36,270 bases of DNA from IMG/VR virus record IMGVR_UViG_3300045988_133018; one strand, written 5' to 3'. Under the pieces are notes generated by a model. It did no database searches. It saw only the letters and a program-made list of their open reading frames with translations, and was not told the origin of the DNA. The stretch comes from a virus. Position 1 is the stretch's first letter, and each line of letters starts with the position of its first letter. The translations under genes were made by a program, and so were the position numbers. Below, in pieces: positions 16,717 to 23,585 of this stretch.

Positions 16717-16778
16717 ATTTTATATTAAAAGCTTTATTCCATTTTTTTGTTTTAGCTTTATTCCCCTTTCTTAATAAA

Positions 16779-16994
16779 TTATTCTTTTGTTTCACATTCT
16801 TTTAGTATCCTTGACAATTCTCTATCTTGGTTGTCATTTCTTATATAAAGAAATTTTGATAAAATTTTATAGGGCATTTGTCTTTTTCCATACTCGTAAT
16901 TTCTATATGCTCTCAGTGATATATTTAATAAATCAGCCATTTGCTGTTGTGTGTATCTATTTTCAATCCTATACTGTTTCAATTTACTAACCAT
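16779..16994 (-). CDS. XRE-family helix-turn-helix transcriptional regulator
   Basis: The sequence LKQYRIENRYTQQQMADLLNISLRAYRNYEYGKR is a classic HTH_XRE pattern. Confidence 0.75.
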   Translation of the reverse strand: MVSKLKQYRIENRYTQQQMADLLNISLRAYRNYEYGKRQMPYKILSKFLYIRNDNQDRELSRILKECETKE

Positions 16995-16997
16995 AAA

Positions 16998-17192
16998 TTA
17001 CAAATCCTTTTCTATTTTGCATATTAATAAAATATTGCTAAACAATATTATAAATAAAATTAATATATTCTGCCTATAATCATTTATTGTGACTATTTCC
17101 TTCATTAAATTTGGCAAATTTAGTATTACTATTAAATCAATGATAGATAGCATTAAGTATCTCACCCATTTTTTTAGTCTTATTTTTTTCAT
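16998..17192 (-). CDS. Small membrane protein (64 aa)
   Basis: Two hydrophobic segments (YLMLSIIDLIVILNL and ILILFIILFSNILLI). Confidence 0.5.
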   Translation of the reverse strand: MKKIRLKKWVRYLMLSIIDLIVILNLPNLMKEIVTINDYRQNILILFIILFSNILLICKIEKDL

Positions 17193-17194
17193 TT

Positions 17195-17404
17195 TTATAT
17201 CCTCCTATATTCAAATTCGTACCCTAAATTATATTCCGTTATAATTCCATATTCTTCTAGTTCCTTAATTAATTTTTTTATGTCTTTATGGTATTTTTGA
17301 CTCAACTTATAATGTCTTTCTTCCCACCTGTCAATCATCTCAAGGTAAAAGTCTTTTTCAGCTAAATCATTCAATTCTTGTTTTATCTTTTCTATTTCAT
17401 TCAT
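17195..17404 (-). CDS. Hypothetical protein (69 aa), first early gene
   Basis: AGGAGGAG RBS. Lies directly downstream of a promoter. Confidence 0.6.
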   Translation of the reverse strand: MNEIEKIKQELNDLAEKDFYLEMIDRWEERHYKLSQKYHKDIKKLIKELEEYGIITEYNLGYEFEYRRI

Positions 17405-17426
17405 TTTATCTCCTCCTTACAATACT

Positions 17427-17455
17427 ATATTAACTCGTTTTGAGTAACTTGTCAA
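17427..17455 (-). promoter_or_regulatory. SigA-type promoter, TTGACA-17 nt-TAATAT
   Basis: Minus-strand reading is TTGACAagttactcaaaacgagtTAATAT, with the spacer counted as 17 nt. Confidence 0.55.
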
Positions 17456-17577
17456 CAAAAAAATAAAGAAAATTGCCTGAAAATGAAAACAAAAATAGGA
17501 GTAGGCAATTTCCCTTAATCACTAGGGGTTTTCTAGTGTCAAGTTAATTATAACATAATTATTATTAAAAATCAAAT

Positions 17578-17654
17578 TGGAGGGCAGAATGAGATTTGAA
17601 CTCATGAATACAAATTTTGCAGATTTGCCTCTTAAACCACTTGAGTATCTGCCC
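17578..17654 (-). tRNA. tRNA-Cys (anticodon GCA), 77 nt with encoded CCA
   Basis: The reverse complement folds as a cloverleaf. Acceptor GGGCAGA/TCTGCCC. D stem CTC/GAG. Anticodon stem CAAAT/ATTTG with loop CTGCAAA. T arm ATGAG-TTCAAAT-CTCAT. Discriminator U73, a tRNA-Cys identity element, then CCA. Confidence 0.9.
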
Positions 17655-17676
17655 ATAAAGAAGAAATTAATCTTCT

Positions 17677-18033
17677 TTATTCTACTTTCCAAGCGCACCT
17701 CATTATTCTATCAGAACAATTAAATGTGTCATAAATACAGCCATCTATCACGCAAGTAATATGTCCAGCCATAGTACATAAATAAACTCCATAACGGTGT
17801 TCTTTAGCAAATTCTCCTATTGTTTTAGAATAATGACATTGCCTAGGGTATCTATCATCAAGATAATTTTCGATAAATTCGACATTATCCATCATTTGAC
17901 CTTTTTCTCTTGCCAAACTGCTTAATTTATCATAGCAATAATCCCAAGAAGTACCCTCTGCTAAAGATATTGCTCTCGTAGTGCAGTCCGATACTTTATT
18001 TTTTAATGGATTAGCATTGTAATACTTATACAT
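17677..18033 (-). CDS. Cys-rich protein (118 aa, 8 Cys), possible papain/NlpC-like thiol peptidase
   Basis: VSDCTTRAI (candidate nucleophile) ... MAGHITCVIDG ... YDTF resembles a Cys-His-polar triad order. Weak, judged by eye only. Confidence 0.35.
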   Translation of the reverse strand: MYKYYNANPLKNKVSDCTTRAISLAEGTSWDYCYDKLSSLAREKGQMMDNVEFIENYLDDRYPRQCHYSKTIGEFAKEHRYGVYLCTMAGHITCVIDGCIYDTFNCSDRIMRCAWKVE

Positions 18034-18551
18034 TACATTTCACTTATCTTACGTGCAGTTTTTCTAACCTTTTCGATTTTATCTTGGCTATCTGCTTCTT
18101 GCATTATTAAATAAGTAAAATCTTCAAGGCTTTGCAACATTTTATCAAAAGATTTTTCAGTTTCTCTATCGTTTCCATAATTATCTCTACCCTCAGAATA
18201 ATCTCCATAATGTTCGCCCATTTCTTCAATCATATCATATCCACGATAGCGACCTCTTCCAGTCCCAGGGACACCTCTTCTTCCATAACTATCCATATAG
18301 CGGCCTCTACTATCTCTAGAACGACCACCACTGTAATTATCATAATCTCTATACATCATATTTTCCTCCTTTTCTTTCCAATATTTTTCATTTTCAATAT
18401 CTTTATGAATATCTATTAATTTGTATAAAAGTTCTACATTTGCAATTTGCAAACCATTTTCAGTTATTTGTTTTATTATTCTTTCAGTTTCAGATTTTGT
18501 TTTTATTAAAACATCTTCTTTGACTTCTTCAATTTTGTTCTCTTCTTCCAT
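18033..18551 (-). CDS. Low-complexity R/G/Y/D-rich protein (172 aa)
   Basis: The central stretch YSGGRSRDSRGRYMDSYGRRGVPGTGRGRYRGYD is flanked by helical segments. Confidence 0.55.
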   Translation of the reverse strand: MEEENKIEEVKEDVLIKTKSETERIIKQITENGLQIANVELLYKLIDIHKDIENEKYWKEKEENMMYRDYDNYSGGRSRDSRGRYMDSYGRRGVPGTGRGRYRGYDMIEEMGEHYGDYSEGRDNYGNDRETEKSFDKMLQSLEDFTYLIMQEADSQDKIEKVRKTARKISEM

Positions 18552-18732
18552 CTAAAATACCTCCTTCCTTTAATAATTTTACTATCTCTTCATATTGCTT
18601 GTCTTGTTTACTTAAATGGCTTTCTAATTTTTCAATTTGTTTGTCATTCAATTTTAAGTTTTCAACACCAATAATAAAAGATAATATATTTATTAAATTG
18701 AATAAATACTCATTATTGTTTTCAGTATTCAT
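18529..18732 (-). CDS. Hypothetical protein (67 aa)
   Basis: Minus-strand ORF overlapping both neighbours. Confidence 0.5.
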   Translation of the reverse strand: MNTENNNEYLFNLINILSFIIGVENLKLNDKQIEKLESHLSKQDKQYEEIVKLLKEGGILDGRREQN

Positions 18733-19190
18733 TATGACCTTTTGCTAATTCTAAAGTTAGCATTTTGATATAAAGGTATTTGTGTAGCAGTTGGTGTTCC
18801 AGCTGCAGTTGTACCAGTTAAAACGCTAGGCACTGATTGTACTGTTAAAGTAGCGTCCCCTCTGCAACAAATTGGTACTGTTTTAGTAAATGCTACATTT
18901 ACATAATCACCAGCAGTTGCTATATCAGCAATAACAGTTGTACCAGGTAATAAAACTCCATCCATATATAAACCTAAAGCAACTTGCCCAGCAGTAGCAC
19001 TTGTTACATTTGCATTAAAAGTAACATCATAGTTTCCACCATTTAAAATCTTATAAAGTGGTGAACCTTGTGAATGTTGAAGAAAACCATAGCAATTAGC
19101 ACATCTTGTTCTTATACAATCCGTAGAAAATGTTAAAGTGCTAGAATTTGAAGTAAGTAAAACTGGTGTTTCTTGATAACTTTGTATCAT
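18732..19190 (-). CDS. BclA C-terminal-domain-like (C1q/TNF-like jelly-roll) protein, 152 aa, 5 Cys
   Basis: GNYDVTFNANVTSATAGQVALGLYMDGVLLPGTTV resembles the BclA-CTD segment GFYKITVIANTATASVLGGLTIQVNGVPVPGT, as recalled from memory. Confidence 0.35.
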   Translation of the reverse strand: MIQSYQETPVLLTSNSSTLTFSTDCIRTRCANCYGFLQHSQGSPLYKILNGGNYDVTFNANVTSATAGQVALGLYMDGVLLPGTTVIADIATAGDYVNVAFTKTVPICCRGDATLTVQSVPSVLTGTTAAGTPTATQIPLYQNANFRISKRS

Positions 19191-19215
19191 AATATCATTC
19201 CTTTCTTATAAATTA

Positions 19216-19246
19216 TTTAAAAAAGAGATAGGGCTTTCCTATCTCT
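19216..19246 (-). terminator. Rho-independent terminator (bidirectional shape)
   Basis: AGAGATAGG-5 nt loop-CCTATCTCT (9-bp stem) followed by TTTTTT on the minus strand. Confidence 0.7.
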
Positions 19247-19291
19247 AAAAATAGTAAGCACTTGTAATCAAGCTCCTGTAATCAGGCCTTA

Positions 19292-20056
19292 CTAAAAATT
19301 TCCACATCCACATCCACCTGTTACTTGATAATTATAGCAGCAATTAGGGTTTGGTACTATGTAACTAGGTGATGGACAAGGTTTTAATTCACTTAATAAA
19401 TAAGCATTTTGTGCTGATTGACTAGCAGACAATCTTAATGCGTTAATTTCGTTTTGTTGAGCAGTGATTTGAGCATTTTTGTCCTCAATTCTATTAGAGA
19501 CTATTTCATCATGTAATGCACGATAATTTGCATTAACAGTGTCAACTATATCTCTAGTATTCATATTCATTGTATTTTGCAAATTACATGTATTAGTTGC
19601 TAGATTATAATTAACTCCTTGAATAGCACTTTGAGTTTTGCAGCAACAGTCTGCTAATTGACTTGATACACCTTGTATAGCATTTCTTGTTTCGTAACCA
19701 TTTGTCATAATAGCATTGTTAGTACCTGCAAATCCATTTAATATGCTTGTATTCATAGCATAGAAACCATCACAGATTCCATTTTGAATGTATCTACTTT
19801 GTGCTGTTAAATCATTGAAACCATCGCTTAATTGTCTTTGAATTGTAGCAAAATCAGAAGCTAGTACATAATTGTCAGTAGCACCTGAACCATTACCACC
19901 ACCGAAGCCATTACCATTTCTACCCCAGCCCATAAAGGCAAAGATTAAAAAGATAATAACCCACCAGCTACCATTATCTCCAAAACCATCATTATTTCCG
20001 TTTCTTCCAGATAATAGAGCAACATCAGAAGCAGTTAATCCACTTTCTCCTCTCAT
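19292..20056 (-). CDS. Membrane-anchored G/N/Q-rich protein with a Cys-rich C-terminus (254 aa, 10 Cys)
   Basis: Hydrophobic helix WWVIIFLIFAFMGW within Gly/Asn runs. Repeated N..I.G segments. A coiled-coil. Cys clusters DCCCK and CCYNYQVTGGCGCGNF. AAGGAG RBS and its own terminator. Confidence 0.6.
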   Translation of the reverse strand: MRGESGLTASDVALLSGRNGNNDGFGDNGSWWVIIFLIFAFMGWGRNGNGFGGGNGSGATDNYVLASDFATIQRQLSDGFNDLTAQSRYIQNGICDGFYAMNTSILNGFAGTNNAIMTNGYETRNAIQGVSSQLADCCCKTQSAIQGVNYNLATNTCNLQNTMNMNTRDIVDTVNANYRALHDEIVSNRIEDKNAQITAQQNEINALRLSASQSAQNAYLLSELKPCPSPSYIVPNPNCCYNYQVTGGCGCGNF

Positions 20057-20123
20057 TTTAAAATCTCCTTTCTTATATTTAAAATACTTGGGAATTGCAA
20101 AATTATATTAAAAACCAAATATT

Positions 20124-20348
20124 TTATTTAAACATATCTTTGAAATTATTAAACTCTTGGTCGAAATCTTTTCCTTGACTTTTCATATAATTTCTAGCAA
20201 AATCTTCGACACCTTTTGTGTCACCTTTGTTTGCCATATCAATTAAATTTTTAAATATGGGATTGTTATTTTGAGATAACATTTTCATTGCCATATCTTT
20301 TGGATTGCCAATTCCCATCATGCCTTTTATCATGTTTAAAGGGTTCAT
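20124..20348 (-). CDS. Hypothetical M/N/K-rich protein (74 aa)
   Basis: Minus-strand ORF in the operon. Confidence 0.55.
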   Translation of the reverse strand: MNPLNMIKGMMGIGNPKDMAMKMLSQNNNPIFKNLIDMANKGDTKGVEDFARNYMKSQGKDFDQEFNNFKDMFK

Positions 20349-20351
20349 AAA

Positions 20352-20810
20352 TTAATCCTCCTTTTTAGCTTTTAATTTGTTTTTAATATCTTTTAACTCT
20401 TTTTTTAAATCACTTAAATCTTCTTTCAAATCATCAATTTCACTAAAATCTAGTTTTTCAAGTCTTTTATCGACATCTTCAATAGTTGCAAATTTTATGT
20501 CATCTTTTTGTGTTTTAGGTTCATAAATAGTTATTTTACTAGTTCCATCTTGCTGTAACTGTTTTGTTACTATTGCACTACCATTAGTAAGTGGAAAGTA
20601 GCTTACAGAACCATCTAATGGTATATCAATAGCTTTTACTACTTCTAAACTATCAACTTGCTTTCCATATAGTATATTTTGCCTATTTAGAGCCATTTGT
20701 GGCGTATTTTGTTGTTGAATAGGCATTTCCATTGGTTGTGGCATATTTGCTTGTTGTTGCCCGTAAAATCGGTTCATATAAGGGTTATATTGATTATACA
20801 TTTTCATCAT
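20352..20810 (-). CDS. Protein with a Q/N/M/P-rich N-terminus and a coiled-coil C-terminus (152 aa)
   Basis: The sequence MYNQYNPYMNRFYGQQQANMPQPMEMPIQQQNTPQ is followed by a globular segment and a K/E/D-rich tail. Confidence 0.55.
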   Translation of the reverse strand: MMKMYNQYNPYMNRFYGQQQANMPQPMEMPIQQQNTPQMALNRQNILYGKQVDSLEVVKAIDIPLDGSVSYFPLTNGSAIVTKQLQQDGTSKITIYEPKTQKDDIKFATIEDVDKRLEKLDFSEIDDLKEDLSDLKKELKDIKNKLKAKKED

Positions 20811-20932
20811 TTCCTTTCAATTAAAAAGAAGAGTATAATAAACCACATTCGTTTTAAGAATTGCTTTAAATTATTACTCTTCCTCCTTTCGCAAATCAAG
20901 GTATTATCCCTGTTTACAATTAAATTTTACAA

Positions 20933-20963
20933 CAAAAAAAGAACTAAATTTTATTAGTTCTTT
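20933..20963 (-). terminator. Rho-independent terminator
   Basis: Stem AAAGAACTAA/TTAGTTCTTT (up to 10 bp) with a 6-nt loop, then a T-run on the minus strand. Lies 10 nt after the stop at 20973. Confidence 0.65.
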
Positions 20964-20972
20964 ATATATTAT

Positions 20973-21281
20973 TTATAAGATTTTTCTAATTTTTTTCTTT
21001 AATTTTTTAATCATAACATCAAGTGTTAGTTCTGATACATTAAGTTCCATAGCCATTTTTGTGCGACTATAACCTTTTATTTTCATTTCAAGTAGTTTTG
21101 CGTATTCTTCATTAAGCATTGCTTCATCTACTATTCTTAAATAATCTATTTTTGTTAATTCAAACATTATTTTTTCCCCCATGAATCTTCCACAAGTTTT
21201 ACATCTTCTTCTACCTTTTTTATCAGTTTTAGTTTTAGATTTACGATATTTAGTAGTTCGAGATAATCTTATTTTTCCCAT
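20973..21281 (-). CDS. Putative transcriptional regulator with a C-terminal HTH (sigma region-4-like) and a basic N-terminus
   Basis: The C-terminal segment YSRTKMAMELNVSELTLDVMIKKLKKKI looks like an HTH. It is the last gene before a terminator. An internal ATG (MFELTK...) is an alternative start. Confidence 0.4.
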   Translation of the reverse strand: MGKIRLSRTTKYRKSKTKTDKKGRRRCKTCGRFMGEKIMFELTKIDYLRIVDEAMLNEEYAKLLEMKIKGYSRTKMAMELNVSELTLDVMIKKLKKKIRKIL

Positions 21282-21544
21282 ATGTCATCGCCATTTTTAA
21301 TATGTGAGTCACTTATACTATCCACTTTATCAATATCAATTGTATCATTAGTAGTACCAATATCGTTTAAAAGCCATATAGTATATCCTAAAAGTATTGT
21401 AAACATACCTAGTATTACTAAAATAATTATAAACTGCCTTTTATTTTGTTTTTTTTGGTCTTTTAAAAGTTCCATTGCAAAACTTTGTTCTTGAATTTCT
21501 TGTACTTCTTTCTTCATTTCTAACACTTCCTCTTTAAGCCCCAT
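21269..21544 (-). CDS. Membrane protein (91 aa, one central TM helix)
   Basis: FIIILVILGMFTILLGYTIWLL. Confidence 0.5.
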   Translation of the reverse strand: MGLKEEVLEMKKEVQEIQEQSFAMELLKDQKKQNKRQFIIILVILGMFTILLGYTIWLLNDIGTTNDTIDIDKVDSISDSHIKNGDDIWEK

Positions 21545-21545
21545 G

Positions 21546-21812
21546 TTATTCTCCTTTATTATGATATTCTTTTATATGATGTTTTAAAGCAATTTCAATT
21601 TTTTCATCTATTTCTTTATCGTAAGTATCTAATTTAGCTTCTATTTTTTCAAGTTTGCCCAGAATTGTTTTCAATTGCATATCAATTTGCCCTTGTCTAT
21701 AACTAGTATCTCCACTATCCTTAGTTGACTTGTCTTTTCTATTCAGTGCAAAACTGCATACTGATATCACAGAACCAAGTATTGATAGTGCTAGTGCTAT
21801 TGTTAATTCCAT
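21546..21812 (-). CDS. Membrane-anchored coiled-coil protein (88 aa)
   Basis: N-terminal helix LTIALALSILGSVISVCSFAL. Lies downstream of the endolysin gene. Confidence 0.5.
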   Translation of the reverse strand: MELTIALALSILGSVISVCSFALNRKDKSTKDSGDTSYRQGQIDMQLKTILGKLEKIEAKLDTYDKEIDEKIEIALKHHIKEYHNKGE

Positions 21813-21825
21813 AATAATTTCCTTA

Positions 21826-22800
21826 CTAATAAATTTTTAATACTTGCCCTGAATATATTTTATCAGGATTGCTAATACCATTGTCTTTAGCAATTTTTTG
21901 ATATGTAGTTCCATATTTAGAAGCTATTCCTGATAATGTATCTCCTTTTTTAACAATATAAGTTATTACATTTGATGAAGAAGTAGCATTACCATTGATA
22001 GTTAAAACTTGTCCTGGATATATTTTATTAGGGTCTGCAATACCATTTATTCTTGCTAACTCTTGATAAGTAGTTCCATATCTACTAGCAATACCACTTA
22101 AAGTATCACCTTTTTTTACTGTATATGTAGTTGTTGTTTGAGCTGGTTTATTAGGAGCTGGTGTTGGTGTTGGTTGGCTTGGTGTAACACTTGGACTACC
22201 TCCTGCATATTTATCCCAAGCTAGACTATCACCATAGAAATAATTCATATCAATATCTCCATTATATCCGTTTACTCTTCCCTTTGAAGTATATTGCCAT
22301 AAACAATAGAATGGCCATTTATCACATGAAGGTTTAACTCCTGCTTCTCCTGTATTTTTACCATAGCTTGCAATCCATAATCCATAATCTCCAGATACAA
22401 CTGAACTCCAATCATAACTATTAGCTGGGCTTGCACTCATATATACGACTGGTTTAACTTCTGTTTTAGAATAAACTCTATCACAAAAAGCTTTTACCCA
22501 TGCTGGATTATTTAAGTTACCACTTTCCCAATCTAAAACTAAAATTGCTTCTTTAATATAACCTTGTATTTGACTAACAAACCAATCAGCTTCTGCTTCT
22601 GCACTGTTTCCTAAATCTGGTCTAGCAAAGTGATATACTCCTAATTTTTTGCCACAGCTTTTAGCAGCTTGATAAAATTTATCGCAGCATGGGTCTGTAT
22701 ATCCGATTCCTTCTGTTGCTTTGCAAATAACAAAGTCTACTCCAGTAGTGCCTACATCAATTCCGCTTTGCCATTTGCTAATATCAATTCCTTTTAACAT
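21826..22800 (-). CDS. Endolysin: GH25 muramidase plus two LysM domains
   Basis: N-terminal GIDISKWQ and [10 protein letters not shown] motifs, a P/T-rich linker, then two repeats [21 protein letters not shown]... and [21 protein letters not shown]... Confidence 0.9.
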   Translation of the reverse strand: MLKGIDISKWQSGIDVGTTGVDFVICKATEGIGYTDPCCDKFYQAAKSCGKKLGVYHFARPDLGNSAEAEADWFVSQIQGYIKEAILVLDWESGNLNNPAWVKAFCDRVYSKTEVKPVVYMSASPANSYDWSSVVSGDYGLWIASYGKNTGEAGVKPSCDKWPFYCLWQYTSKGRVNGYNGDIDMNYFYGDSLAWDKYAGGSPSVTPSQPTPTPAPNKPAQTTTTYTVKKGDTLSGIASRYGTTYQELARINGIADPNKIYPGQVLTINGNATSSSNVITYIVKKGDTLSGIASKYGTTYQKIAKDNGISNPDKIYSGQVLKIY

Positions 22801-22801
22801 A

Positions 22802-22999
22802 TTATTTCATCTCCTTTATAACTTTATTTCCTAATAAATATGTAGAAATTACTGCTATTACAACTGATATTGTGTTTGTGATTTTGTCAGCATTAACATT
22901 CCAAATTGGAGCAATTCCAATGATTAATGCGTTGACAATTGTAAGTATATTAAGCAAGTATTTTGATATGGTTTTTATTTTTTCTATTTTCTTCTTCAT
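22802..22999 (-). CDS. Holin
   Basis: 65 aa with two hydrophobic segments. The stop lies 1 nt upstream of the endolysin start. Confidence 0.6.
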   Translation of the reverse strand: MKKKIEKIKTISKYLLNILTIVNALIIGIAPIWNVNADKITNTISVVIAVISTYLLGNKVIKEMK

Positions 23000-23049
23000 A
23001 TTTTTGTCTCCTTTTTATTATAATATCATAGTTTCCATATTTTTTCAAT

Positions 23050-23565
23050 TTATGCAACTCTTTTCCAATAAGCCATAACAATATATGGTGGCATATTCTC
23101 GTGTGCTAAAGCTGTATGCATTATTGGATTATTAGCAGTCAGCTTAGGACTATTGCTATTAGTTGTGCCAGTTTTTAATAAGTAGTAATTAACACCAGTA
23201 GTTGTATCAAAGCCACCAGTAATAGGATCATTGTTACCTTCATTTGGATAGATATAAGTCGGAGGTAATTCATCTGCGATTAATTTATGCATCTTTTCTC
23301 CACCAATTTTACCAATTTCATTGAAGTCTGTATCGTTCGCATCCAATCCTATAGGTATGCGGCCTTGCGAAATTAATTCCCAAGTATACCCAAAATAATT
23401 AGAATGGTCTAAATCATCATAAAATAGTTCCACTTTATTTATTGGTAAAAGAGCATTTAATAATTCTCTATTTAAGTATATTCCATTTTCGATATTTTTC
23501 ATATTTGTTTCATTTACGATTGTTTCACCATCTTTCCATTCTGTTTTTTGATAATCTTTAGCCAT
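23050..23565 (-). CDS. Tail fibre / collar-domain-like protein
   Basis: The segment IGGEKMHKLIADELP resembles the phage tail-collar GGE..H.L...ELP motif. It is the last structural gene before the lysis genes. Confidence 0.45.
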   Translation of the reverse strand: MAKDYQKTEWKDGETIVNETNMKNIENGIYLNRELLNALLPINKVELFYDDLDHSNYFGYTWELISQGRIPIGLDANDTDFNEIGKIGGEKMHKLIADELPPTYIYPNEGNNDPITGGFDTTTGVNYYLLKTGTTNSNSPKLTANNPIMHTALAHENMPPYIVMAYWKRVA

Positions 23566-23585
23566 TTTTTCATTCCTCCTTTTGA

